From the human T2T-CHM13v2.0 reference genome, Homo sapiens: a stretch of DNA of 64,000 nucleotides. Shown one piece after another: positions 29,356 through 44,896 of the stretch. The notes beneath the pieces were generated by a model. The model saw only the letters and a list, made by a program, of their open reading frames with translations. It ran no database searches and was not told the origin of the DNA. Every line of letters starts with the position of its first letter. Position 1 is the stretch's first letter. The stretch lies in NCBI RefSeq assembly GCF_009914755.1, contig NC_060930.1; one strand, written 5' to 3'. The translations under genes were made by a program, and so were the position numbers.

Positions 29356-32300
29356 TAATTAATAAAAGAAGCAAGAAAAATCACTCACAATCTCTCTACT
29401 TTCCTTCCAGTTTTTCTATGCTTTGTTTTACTACATAGTTAAGATGATACTATATATACAATTTTGTAGCCTGTTTATTTTACTTAACATTATCTCATAA
29501 TCCTTTTTTCGTCAGTAGTGAAAGTCTTTAGGAATGTTGCTTTTTATGGCTGGATAATATTCACCATTGTAGTCCATTCTCTAATGCTGGATTTTACATT
29601 GCTTTATATATATACACTATGCAAATAATGCTGCACCGAGTGTCTTGGTGCATTAATAAATTAATTAATTCAACAAGTATTTACTCAGTGGCCACTATAT
29701 GTCAGTTACTATTCTTGGAGCTGGGAATATGGTGGTGAGCAAAGGCTTATTTCCTTTGGAGAGCTTATGTTCTACTGAGGGCAACAGACAAGAGAATCAA
29801 ATAAGCACATGCTATTAATTAGTTCTATGAAAAGAGATGACGAAAAGTAAGAGGATAGAAAGATATGAATGATGGGGCAGGCTATTTTACTGAGGGAGAA
29901 TACAGGAAGGTCTCTCTGAAAAAGTGTATTTGCACAAAGGCATTTTGGATTATTTCTGTAGGCTGGATTCTCAGAGGGAGGAATTGAAGTTCTTGCTTTC
30001 TAGGAAGCCAGTTTATTCACTGACAGCAGTTCTAGAGGAAAGAACTGTTATAAAAATGCACTCTACTAGGGCATAACCTTGAGAAAATTACTTAATTCCT
30101 CTGCTCCTTGGTTTTCCTGCCTGCAGTGGAATCGATTACACCTGTATGTGTACATCTATATGTATATGTGTGTGGTAAGGCTGAGGGAGGGGCATGGCTG
30201 TGAGGATGGAATGTTAAGGTTCTTACATCCCAGAAAACTTGGGTTAGGGAGCAAACACATGTCTGTGAAAAGGGAATGGTCAGGCTGTGAAATGCATGCA
30301 GGGCATTCCAGGTGATAAAAACCCTAACTGAAAAAGGGTTCTGGAAGGTGTGACATGAATACTTACTGTGTCTGGCACATATTAGGTAGTCATAATATAT
30401 ACTGAATGAAAGGAAGCACCCAATCTGTCCAGAAGAGCTTACTTAAAATGGGTAGCTAGGAGAAAATGTCTTGAATGATCACACAGAGGCTCAGTGTGGC
30501 TTGTGAATCAGATACTACAAAGACAGCCCTTCAAAATGGGCGAGCCTGCAATTCATGAGCCTGCAGATAGGCGGCATCCTCAGTTTCCTCATCCATGAAA
30601 TAGGGCTAATGTCTACTTCATAGGGCTGTTTTGGGCAACTGTTTTTGCTGCTCTTGGTTTACAAATCCTGTCTTGTCTTTAATCCAGAAGCAGAACTGGA
30701 TTGTGGAAAACAATACCAAGGGCTTGGGGCCCCAATTGCCCTCATCTGTTACATGACAGGAAGAGGAGAAGGAAGGAAAGGGTGCTAAAAGTTAAGCTGC
30801 TAGGATGAAGAAGAATCTAAATTGGATTTGCTTAAAAACTCAGCTTGGCATTCATCTGTGGTGAAAAATGTTCACTGGCGGATGCTCCAGGACCTAGTTA
30901 ACTTTAGCTGGTATGGCTTGGTAGTGACCATCCTCTCTGCCCAAGCCCAGGAAGCTGCCTTTCACTTCATTGGGTTCACTAATGAGCTTTTGGTTGCCTT
31001 GAGCAATAATTTGCTCTCTGGATATAAAGAATGCAAGAGTGGGTAAGCTGAAAGCCCCTCTGGCTGGGTTTCCTCTTGTTACAAACAGTTAGTCTCTGAA
31101 CTTGTAATTATGAGTCATGGGGCTCCCAGTCTGGCACAAAAGTGACTCATTTTAAGCAAATTATCAGCTTTCGCCCTTACCAAATGCTGTGATCAACCAT
31201 TCTGTTCAAGAAAAAAGGGAACATTTTTATTAAAAGAGCAGGATGTGAAAAAGGAGAGCAAACTGCAACTATGATTTCCAGACGTATGGATCAAAGTCAA
31301 GTTCAGGCCCAGTGTAAGCCAAGCAACAAAATAAATAGTAAAAATGGCACAGAAAGCAAATGGTCAGGAAAATTCATTTCAGAACAGGCGCAAAATCAAC
31401 CCTTGCAGTCAACAGCATAAGATTCCTATAATGCTATGATTCTTGGACATTCTCCCCTCCCACTTCCAACTCCCTTGGACCTACTGGAATTGAGGTCAAG
31501 GAAGAAACATCTTTCTTTAGATGACTTAACCCACAACTTTGTTAAAGAATCAGTGATGACGGATGCCTCCAAGTTGCCCAAAGCTAGTTACTTAGACAGA
31601 TGAACTGATAGACAAAGCAATCAATTTAAACAAATGTGATCCAGAGATGGATCTACAATGTATGAAGAATCCCAAGGCCTTCTACTACAGAGCATTTTCC
31701 TGAGGACACCTGTTTCATTAATGGTCTTTGGCTGAGGAAACATTTGAAATGATCATTACCTCTTTGTCAGCTGCAAGAGTAGTAACTGATCTCAAAAGAC
31801 AAATTTTATTCTCCGATGTCTGGGGTGTATTAACACTGCCCAGGACCACAGTAAAGGGAAATGGGTCCAGGGTGGACTGAAAGGCAATGTCGTCCGAGTT
31901 TGTGTTTTCTGGAATGGTTTGAGATTTCCAATTAATCTTTTACAATAGCTGCCCATTCATCTATGTCACTGAAGAAGATACCATAAGCTGCATGAGGAAT
32001 TTGGCTCTGGGACAAATTGTCTGACTTCCAACTGTTACATCCTTTCTAAATTACTTTCAATTTAATACTGCTTTTCTTATATCTTGACTCTATCACTTCT
32101 CGTCCTTCATAAAAAAACAATGGCTACCAAATGGCTATTTTTGTATGTTCCCCAAACCCTAAAATAAAATCCATTAATCGATCACCCAATATTTCTTGAA
32201 TATTTATCATCTCTGCTTTCTGGTAATCACTGTAGTTGATAAAGAATCAATAAAAACCACAAAAAAAGGGCAGAATATAACAGTCATTAATCACCTCCCA

Positions 32301-32524
32301 ACTGGCAATTCAAGTGCACGTTTTGCAATTCTCATGCCTCTTGGCCTCTCTGAGGTATTTAAAAATATTCCTTAATTATTAAAATTTTCTTCTCTGGCTT
32401 CTTGGCATAGTTCTCTCCATATTCCCCTTGTATGTCTGTGACTGCCCCTTCTGAGCCTCCCTTACTGACTACTACACTGCCTTATCATCTAAGTAATATA
32501 ACCAACAATGAGGAGTCAGTTGGA

Positions 32525-32651
32525 ATAGAAAAGCAGTGTTAAATACAGTAATAGAAATAGAAAAGAAATAGAAAGAAGTGTTAAATACAGTAGATATTTC
32601 TGTTAAATACAGTAGATAGAAAAGAAGTGTTAAATACAGTAGATAAATACA
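32525..32651. repeat. Irregular minisatellite, core TGTTAAATACAGTA x4
   Basis: Four copies of tgttaaatacagta separated by variable atagaaa-type spacers. Confidence 0.85.
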
Positions 32652-32759
32652 GAACATGATGACTAAGTAGCATGGTGAGTATGTATTAGAACTCTTATGT
32701 TGCAATAGTGGAAACCTAAACTTTAAGCTTCAGACACTTTTTGATACAAAGACTCAAAA

Positions 32760-33075
32760 AGAAAAAAAGAGGAAATATTAATCAGAGAAAGTCACTCAAA
32801 ATGCAGTACAGTCATCTAAAGAAATGGAAAAGATGAAAGAGAGATTGAGATGTGAAAGAGAGAGAGTAATAAGATCCAACACATGTGTAATAGGAAGCTC
32901 CAAAGATGTGAATAGATAGAATGGAGGAAAGGCAATATTAGAAAAGATAATAGCTCTGCATTTTCCAGAAATAATAAATATGTGACACCCGATATCCAGG
33001 AGCACAATAAATCCTGATCAGGAAAAATATAAACGAAACTCTTTCCTTAGATATAATAGTGATACTGAGAGCATC
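32760..33075 (+). mobile_element. Ancient L1M/HAL1-like ORF1 remnant, left part (resumes at 39104-39290)
   Basis: agatccaacacatgtgtaatagga…gaatggaggaaaggcaatattagaaaagataatagc…ttttccagaa resembles ORF1 SNI-IG…ENG-EAIF---AENFPE. The right part reads KILKVARGK and caacctagaattctatatgcagctaaa (QPRILYAAK). Confidence 0.65.
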
Positions 33076-33100
33076 AAAAAAAAAAAAAAAAAAAAGATCG

Positions 33101-33955
33101 AGCGTGAGCGACGCAGAAGACGGGTGATTTCTGCATTTCCATCTGAGGTACCAGGTTCATCTCACTAGGGAGTGCCAGACAGTGGGCGCAGGCCAGTGGG
33201 TGCGCACACCGTGCGCGAGCCGAAGCAGGGCGAGGCATTGCCTCACCTGGGAAGCGCAAGGGGTCAGGGAGTTCCCTTTCCGAGTCAAAGAAAGGGATGA
33301 CGGACGCACCTGGAAAATCGGGTCACTCCCACCCGAATATTGCGCTTTTCAGACCGGCTTAAAAAACGGCGCACCACGAGACTATATCCCACACCTGGCT
33401 CGGAGGGTCCTACGCCCACCGAATCTCGCTGATTGCTAGCACAGCAGTCTGAGATCAAACTGCAAGGCAGCAGCGAGGCTGGGGGAGGGGCGCCCGCCAT
33501 TGCCCAGGCTTGCTTAGGTAAACAAAGCAGCCGGGAAGCTCGAACTGGGTGGAGCCCACCACAGCTCAAGGAGGCCTGCCTGCCTCTGTAGGCTCCACCT
33601 CTGGGGGCAGGGCACAGACAAACAAAAAGACAGCAGTAACCTCTGCAGACTTAAATGTCCCTGTCTGACAGCTTTGAAGAGAGCAGTGGTTCTCATAGCA
33701 CGCAGCTGGAGATCTGAGAACGGGCAGACTGCCTCCTCAAGTGGGTCCCTGACCCCTGACCCCCGAGCAGCCTAACTGGGAGGCACCCCCCAGCAGGGGC
33801 ACACTGACACCTCACACTGCAGGGTATTCCAACAGACCTGCAGCTGAGGGTCCTGTCTGTTAGAAGGAAAACTAACAAACAGGAAGGACATCCACACCGA
33901 AAACCCATCTGTACATCACCATCATCAAAGACCAAAAGTAGATAAAACCACAAAG
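33101..33955. promoter_or_regulatory. L1 5'UTR: CpG-rich internal sense promoter plus antisense promoter; YY1 site absent
   Basis: Matches the L1HS/PA2 5'UTR from AGCGTGAGCGACGC onward; AAGATGGCC is not present. Promoter activity is inferred from family knowledge. Confidence 0.75.
33285..33500 (-). CDS. L1 ORF0, intact 71 aa (MAGAPPPAS…RHPFL)
   Basis: 216-nt open frame in the antisense 5'UTR matching primate L1 ORF0. Splice donors CCAG|GTGTGG (last exonic base 33395) and CCAG|GTGCGT (33310) are intact. Confidence 0.9.
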   Translation of the reverse strand: MAGAPPPASLLPCSLISDCCASNQRDSVGVGPSEPGVGYSLVVRRFLSRSEKRNIRVGVTRFSRCVRHPFL

Positions 33956-34972
33956 ATGGGGAAAAAACAGAACAGAAAAACTGGAAACTCTAAAACGCAG
34001 AGTGCCTCTCCTCCTCCAAAGGAATGCAGTTCCTCACCAGCAACGGAACAAAGCTGGATGGAGAATGATTTTGACGAGCTGAAGGAAGAAGGCTTCAGAC
34101 GATCAAATTACTCTGAGCTACGGGAGGACATTCAAACCAAAGGCAAAGAAGTTGAAAACTTTGAAAAAAATTTAGAAGAATGTATAACTAGAATAACCAA
34201 TACAGAGAAGTGCTTAAAGGAGCTGATGGAGCTGAAAACCAAGGCTCGAGAACTACGTGAAGAATGCAGAAGCCTCAGGAGCCGATGCGATCAGCTGAAA
34301 GAAAGGGTATCAACAATGGAAGATGAAATGAATGAAATGAAGCGAGAAGGGAAGTTTAGAGAAAAAAGAATAAAAAGAAATGAGCAAAGCCTCCAAGAAA
34401 TATGGGACTATGTGAAAAGACCAAATCTACGTCTGATTGGTGTACCTGAAAGTGATGCGGAGAATGGAACCAAGTTGGAAAACACTCTGCAGGATATTAT
34501 CCAGGAGAACTTCCCCAATCTAGCAAGGCAGGCCAACGTTCAGATTCAGGAAATACAGAGAATGCCACAAAGATACTCCTCGAGAAGAGCAACTCCAAGA
34601 CACATAATTGTCAGATTCACCAAAGTTGAAATGAAGGAAAAAATGTTAAGGGCAGCCAGAGAGAAAGGTCGGGTTACCCTCAAAGGGAAGCCCATCAGAC
34701 TAACAGCGGATCTCTCGGCAGAAACCCTACAAGCCAGAAGAGAGTGGGGGCCAATATTCAACATTCTTAAAGAAAAGAATTTTCAACCCAGAATTTCATA
34801 TCCAGCCAAACAAAGCTTCATAAGTGAAGGAGAAATAAAATACTTTACAGACAAGCAAATGCTGAGAGATTTTGTCACCGCCAGGCCTGCCCTAAAAGAG
34901 CTCCTGAAGGAAGCGCTAAACATGGAAAGGAACAACCGGTACCAGCCGCTGCAAAATCATGCCAAAATGTAA
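33956..34972 (+). CDS. L1 ORF1p, open 338 aa
   Basis: MGKKQNRK…NHAKM; REKG and ARR motifs intact, YPAKLS changed to YPAKQS. Confidence 0.95.
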   Translation: MGKKQNRKTGNSKTQSASPPPKECSSSPATEQSWMENDFDELKEEGFRRSNYSELREDIQTKGKEVENFEKNLEECITRITNTEKCLKELMELKTKARELREECRSLRSRCDQLKERVSTMEDEMNEMKREGKFREKRIKRNEQSLQEIWDYVKRPNLRLIGVPESDAENGTKLENTLQDIIQENFPNLARQANVQIQEIQRMPQRYSSRRATPRHIIVRFTKVEMKEKMLRAAREKGRVTLKGKPIRLTADLSAETLQARREWGPIFNILKEKNFQPRISYPAKQSFISEGEIKYFTDKQMLRDFVTARPALKELLKEALNMERNNRYQPLQNHAKM

Positions 34973-35035
34973 AGACCATCGAGACTAGGAAGAAACTGCA
35001 TCAACTAACGAGCAAAATCACCAGCTAACATCATA

Positions 35036-38862
<3,827 letters not shown>

Positions 38863-39889
38863 ACAATGAGATCACATGGACACAGGAAGGGGAATATCAC
38901 ACTCCGGGGACTGTGGTGGGGTGGGGGGAGGGGGGAGGGATAGCATTGGGAGATATACCTAATGCTAGATGACGAGTTAGTGGGTGTAGCGCACCAGCAT
39001 GGCACATGTATACATATGTAACTAACCTGCACAATGTGCACATGTACCCTAAAACTTAAAGTATAATAAAAAAAAAAGTAAAAAAAAAAAAAAAAAAAAA
39101 AAAGATCTTAAAAGTAGCCAGGGGAAAGGCATATTGTCTACTAAGGAATGACAATTACATTGACAGTATACTTTCTGATAACAACTATGGGAATAAAAAA
39201 GAACATAATAGTACTTTTACCATATTGAGAGAAAACATGTATCAACCTAGAATTCTATATGCAGCTAAATTGCCACTTGAATGTGGGTGACAAAATACTC
39301 ACTTCTGCACTTTACTCTTATAGAAAGTGCAAACTCTAGCCTCAATTCCAAACAATCTTTACCCCAGGTACATAAAAATTTCAGTGTCCAAATGCGGTTT
39401 GTCTTTTCATACCTTTGTAATACTGCTTCCTTGGCTTAGAATACCCTTTCCAACATGGCAGGCTTCAACTCATTCTTCTAATTTCAGTTCAAATGCTATC
39501 TCTTCTGAGAAACCGTTCATCACTCCTCTTGGAAAAATTATTAACTTCATTCTTGCATTCCTTCACATTCATTTCAATATATAATAAATGTTTTATGAAA
39601 GTAAGCACGCATGAATGAAAACACTACATTAAGTGGTCAAAAGAGAGTTTTGCAAGAGGTTAGCCTTAAGTTAGGATTTGCTTTAAGCCCAGCTAGATCT
39701 TGTTTAATGTCCAACTTAATAACAATGAGAGTAAAGTTAACAATAAATCATAGGTCTATAATGACAATTATAGCATTCATCATATTATTGGCATTCATCT
39801 GTAATAGTCTAAAATGACTATTATAGACCTACGAGAGGAGAAGTGTTCTTCATCAGCAGGTAACACAGGCAATACAAGTGAGGTGGACC

Positions 39890-41090
39890 CTATTGGTTGA
39901 CTAACCTACAAATCATGGCCAATTCTCTTCACCTTTACCTTCCTCTCACTCTAGACCAGCAGTGGCCAATGAAACTATGATGTAAGTCATACATATAATT
40001 TTAGATTTTCTAGTAATTTTTACTAGAAATTAATAGCTTTAGTTTTAATTTTTACATTAAAAATGTAAGAAAAGGTGAAATTAATTTTAATATGTTTTAT
40101 TAAACTCATATCAAAAATATAATTTCAACATGTAATCAATATTCATAAAATTATTGATATATTTACATGTATTTTTATGCTAAATAACTATACTCATTTG
40201 CATGTTTTATTCTTACAGCACATCTTAATTCAGACACTGAATTTACAGTAGAAAAATTTGATCTACATCTGTTTTATAAATTTACAAGTGTAAAATGTAG
40301 CCAAACTGAGTAGTAAAAAATTATTATTTTTTAATATTTGTATCTGTATTGACAAAACCAGTCAATGAAGTGTTTATGTGTAATACAAAAAGTGTGTGTA
40401 CCTGTTGACACATGTACTATAATACTAATATTTTATACTAAAGTGACATGTAGTCCTTTCAAAACAAGAAAGTTGTATGTAATAGAGACTTTTTATTGCT
40501 TCCATTTTATGCTTAAATTAATTAAAATGAAATAAAATTAGAAATTCAGAGATAATTTCAATTGCACTAGCCACATTCCAAGTATTCAATAGTCACATGC
40601 AGCTCATGGCTATCATATTGAATGGTGCAGCTCTGGAGGCTGGAAAAGCCATATACCTATGTTTCCAGGCTCCTTTGAAGCTTGGCATGGCTGTGTGATA
40701 CATTTACTTTATGGCCAAAGAAAATGTATGAGAACGTTTGGAGGGGTATTCTTGGAAGGCTTTTTGCTTTCCTGATAAAGAGACAAACTCAAGAGGAGAA
40801 CTTGTTGGCACCATTCCTTCCTCCTTCCTGCCTTAAATGTGAACATTATGTAATGTCTGGAGCTATAGGAAACATCTTATCACCATGAGGCAAACTCATA
40901 TGAAGATGCAAAGTTAGTACACTAAGAATGATGAAGTAATAAAGTGAGACCCTGATGACAATCACTGAGCTGCCAGATCAACACGAGATCACCTACCTTT
41001 TGAACTTCATTATAAGAAATCAGTGACTGTCCTTATAACTTAAGTCATTAATAGACTGATAACACTTGTAGCTGAAAGCATCCTAATGGG
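39890..41090. mobile_element. LTR33-like (ERVL) solo LTR interrupted by a hAT element
   Basis: ctggaggctggaaaagcc…tttccaggctccttt…gctttttgctttcctgata…tgtctggagct…catcttatcaccatgagg…agctgaaagcatcctaa. Confidence 0.6.
39957..40631. mobile_element. hAT-Charlie DNA transposon (MER33/Charlie1-like)
   Basis: Ends cagcagtggccaat…and ctagccacattccaagtattcaatagtcacatg…attgaatggtgcag; TSD-like ctctagac/ctctggag. Confidence 0.7.
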
Positions 41091-43939
41091 TACAATGAGC
41101 ATGATGGGCTGGGAAGAGAGCCAATAGCCAGCCTGAGGAGGGTAGAGGTATTTACTGAAGAATAATGAAAAATGAGTCTACAGAGATGGGGTGGAGCCAG
41201 ATAATGGAAGGCTGACGAGATATCTGAAATGAGAGGCCCACAGCAAAGCATCTGTCCTTGTCTCAGAGACCTTATCATATTTTGTATTTTCCATAGTAGT
41301 TTGTATATATGTCATAAATATATGCACATATATATATTTGCTACTAGATTATAAGGGCTAGGAACTTGTACAGAGAAAATATTCAGTTAATTTTCATTAG
41401 TTGATGATTAGATATAGAGCTGGAGGTATCAAGGCTGGTTTTTAGCATTTTAGCATGGATCAAATATTCAACATTAAAGAAAATTCAGCAAACTAAAGCC
41501 CTTAGTGAGAAAATCTATTAAGAGTTCCTATATTAACACGTCAAATAGAATGTCTTCAGCCTAACTTTGTTCCATCAACAGCTAAGACAACAGCTAAGAT
41601 GAAATTTAACTACACTGAGTTAAATTTTGCCCAACCCTCTCTACTTTCAACTTAATTACTGGTAATACCTTATTCTTCCTAAGACATTTGGCTTCTATTT
41701 TCATCTCTTTGAATGGGTAACATGTAATCTTATGGTGTCCCTTCTGTTATTCCTCTGAACTAAGCTCCCCCATTTTCTCTCCTTTATCTCACTTCCACAG
41801 TGTGAGACTAGGCCTCCAACTAACAGTTTAAATACTATGTAAGCCTCTATTGTCCAATCTGCCTCCAGCCTCATCAATCCCAACCTACTATCCAATCAAA
41901 TTTCTCTGAAAATATTCTTAAAAAAACATGTTATTTTTTCAGATTTTAAAATAATATGTTCTTTGTAGGACATTTGAATATTTCAACAAAAGAGACGAAT
42001 AATCTCTAATCTGACTACCAGGAGATAGCAACCATAACATTTTAGTGTATTTTCTTCCAGACATTTTTCTATGCATGTTTAGATCTATTTAACATCATTG
42101 AAATTATAAAAGTGTACTCATCTTTTTTACTTCTCATCACATCATAAAACATTTCCTGAGTAATTAAAAATTCCTCAAAATCATCTCAAAAAATAATTGT
42201 ATGATGTCCCATCAGATGGCCACTTTTTAAATCTTATTTAAACATTTTTCATATCAACACATCTCTTCTGAGTCCCCATAGTGACTGTCAGTTGTCTTTT
42301 ATTAAATAAAAATTCCAAATCTTGGACCCTTTGGATGCTGTCATTCTAAATCTGCCCCTATCTTCTGCTGGCCTTTCAGATTTTAACCAAATAAGTTGGC
42401 TTGCTCCTCTCTCCTTTGAGTCATCATTCATTTTCTTCCTCCCACATCTCTGTCAAATCACTGCTGTCTTTAAAATTTACCTCGGGTAATCTCCTATTGT
42501 CTCTTTCTTTATATTTTCAAATATCCTTGTTTAGTAGGTGTACATATTTATTACTTTGAGAGTTTGTGGCTGATCATATTTATGTTTCTGCTACATGTGT
42601 GTTATGGTCTGATAGACTGGCAGGGGCCAGGATGGGTGGTGGGACCAAAAGCAGCAGGAGAAGAGCTTGCAGATGGTGGCCACATCTGACCGTTGTCGTG
42701 CTTGATGAGGTGGTCAGCACTGAAAGGGAGGCATGAGGCAGGACTATTCTCATGCTCAGAGCTGAGCAGTGGAGGGTGATTATGTTGGCCCGGCTTTGAT
42801 TAACAAGATAGTCTATCAGGCATTTGGAGACCATCTGCATTTTCAGCCTAAACGAAAACATATTTATTTTGGCTGCTAAGTATCTGGAGGATGAGGGAAC
42901 CATGTGCATAAGGGAGGCTTACCCTCCTCTTGGAAAAAATGATCTCAATTAGATCAATGTCTGCTTTAGATCAGCCAGCGTATTAAGCATAAACCTGTGC
43001 ACTAACTTAAGGGTCCCAGTGAAGTGTCCCTACTTTTGGATCTAATGTTCTTGACCTCACACAGCCATTCTCTTATAATCAGAAACTATGAGCATCTGTT
43101 TAAAAGTGGAATCTGGAATGCAGAGCAGCCACTTGCCTCCTCCTCCTCACCTAGCCAGGCCATCGCCTGGCAGCTCATCTCCACAGCCTGGATGCTAGTG
43201 GGCTAGGGCAGCCAGGTGGGGCCAGCTGGAATGCTCATAAGCACCACTGAGTGGAGCAGGATTCACGCTAACAAGACCCCACAGGAGCCCACTGGACTCT
43301 TGACTATGAGAGATCAGCACAACTTGTTGACTTACTATAGTGATATACCTACAATGGAAAAAAAGCCTTCCGAGAACTGCTTTTTAAAAATTGATCATTT
43401 GACTCTTATTAATATGCAACAAACATTGGGTCACTGAAAGCATGGCTGTCCCAGTTTATGGCAAAAGAAAGCCTATACAAAAGAAATCTGGTTTTGTGCT
43501 TGTTAGCCACTTGAGCAAACAGTTGAACAGGAGCTAGCAGCTCTAAGATGTATCTGTAAATTTTAATTGGTCAGGAGTTCTTTCCTAGTAGCCCACTTTT
43601 CCAAATATTTATGGCACCACCAGATGTCCGTGCGTTTCTCATTTCCAGAATAGGGCATGGACAAACTCTGCTGCTTCGGTAGGCGGGCGGGGATATCATA
43701 CCCCATGTCTGCACATGCCTTGAAAGAGATGGTCTCTGGTTGCAGCATCACTGGCCATAAGGTTATCAAAGGAGGGCAAGAAGCATGGGCAGATGTCTTC
43801 ATAGAGCATGGCAAGATGCATCTTTGGCAAATGAAGACTTTTTGACGTGTGACTCTGGTCTCAAGAAATCAAAGTAATGACGTTATTATCAAGAGACAAT
43901 AGCAGGTAATTGAAAAGTTGCCAAAAGTAAAACTTCAGA

Positions 43940-44710
43940 ATCATCCTGGACTCCTCCCTTCTCTTCACTGGCATTTAATTGGTCACACAGACCTTTTGAT
44001 TTCCTCTCATCTGGACCTCGCCTATCCTTCTCTTCTTTATCTCCAACACCACTGTCTTTGTTCAAACTCTCATCATCTCATGCCTAAACTGCTGCAATAC
44101 CTTCCTATTTGTCTCCCTGACTTTAGTCTGTCTTCCTATGCACATCAGAAACATCCTTCCAAAATAAATCTGAAGCTTCTCTCTGATGCTTAAATACTTT
44201 CAGAGGTTCCCCAGTGTTTATGGCATCATGTCCCAGTCTTGTGTATTTAACAACTGGGCCCTACCCTACGACTTTTCTTCTGCCACTCCCCACCATAAAG
44301 GGTACATTGTGTTCTAACTACACTCAACTACTTGGCATCCTCTAAACAGTTCAGACATACCATGATTTTGCATGCCTCTGTTCTTTTTGATCATACTATT
44401 CCTTATTCCTCAAATCCTCTTCTCCTTCACCTCTGTTTGATGAATTTACTTCAATAGGCAGCTAAAATATTGCTGCCCCTGAAGCCCACTTTAATTCTTC
44501 CTGGCAGAATGTCACTCCCTTCTTTCCAGGCATAGTCCTCGGCTCTTGCCCCCATCATCCCTTCCATATTACATGGCAAGTGCTTCTTTATTTTTGTCAG
44601 TCTCTCTGACAGACATCTCTGTGAGCTCCTTGACCACAGGACATTGCACTCCAGGAGTTAACACAGGGTCTCACGTGTGTAGTGTTCAATCAGGTTTGCT
44701 GAATACATAA
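43940..44710 (+). mobile_element. L2 LINE 3' fragments
   Basis: tcatcatctcatgcctaaactgctgcaatacc…ctgtgagctccttga…gtagtgttcaat…tttgctgaat. Confidence 0.65.
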
Positions 44711-44896
44711 ATACGGCTGTGTAAAAAGTTGTTCTGATAAAGCTTTATGTAACAACAAGGCCAACTTTCCTCCCCCCTTCCTCCTTCCTTCTCTCCTTCT
44801 TCCTTCCTTCAAACACCGGCTGCCAGGATTCTTTTGGACTTTCTGGAGGAACACATAACAATGGTTTCTGAGCTTCAAGCATCAGAGATAAAGGAG

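Noticed and set aside
32525-32651. Repeat-spacer pattern superficially like a CRISPR array
   Set aside because: Eukaryotic intron, 14-bp core, spacers are themselves repetitive and variable in length, and there are no cas genes.
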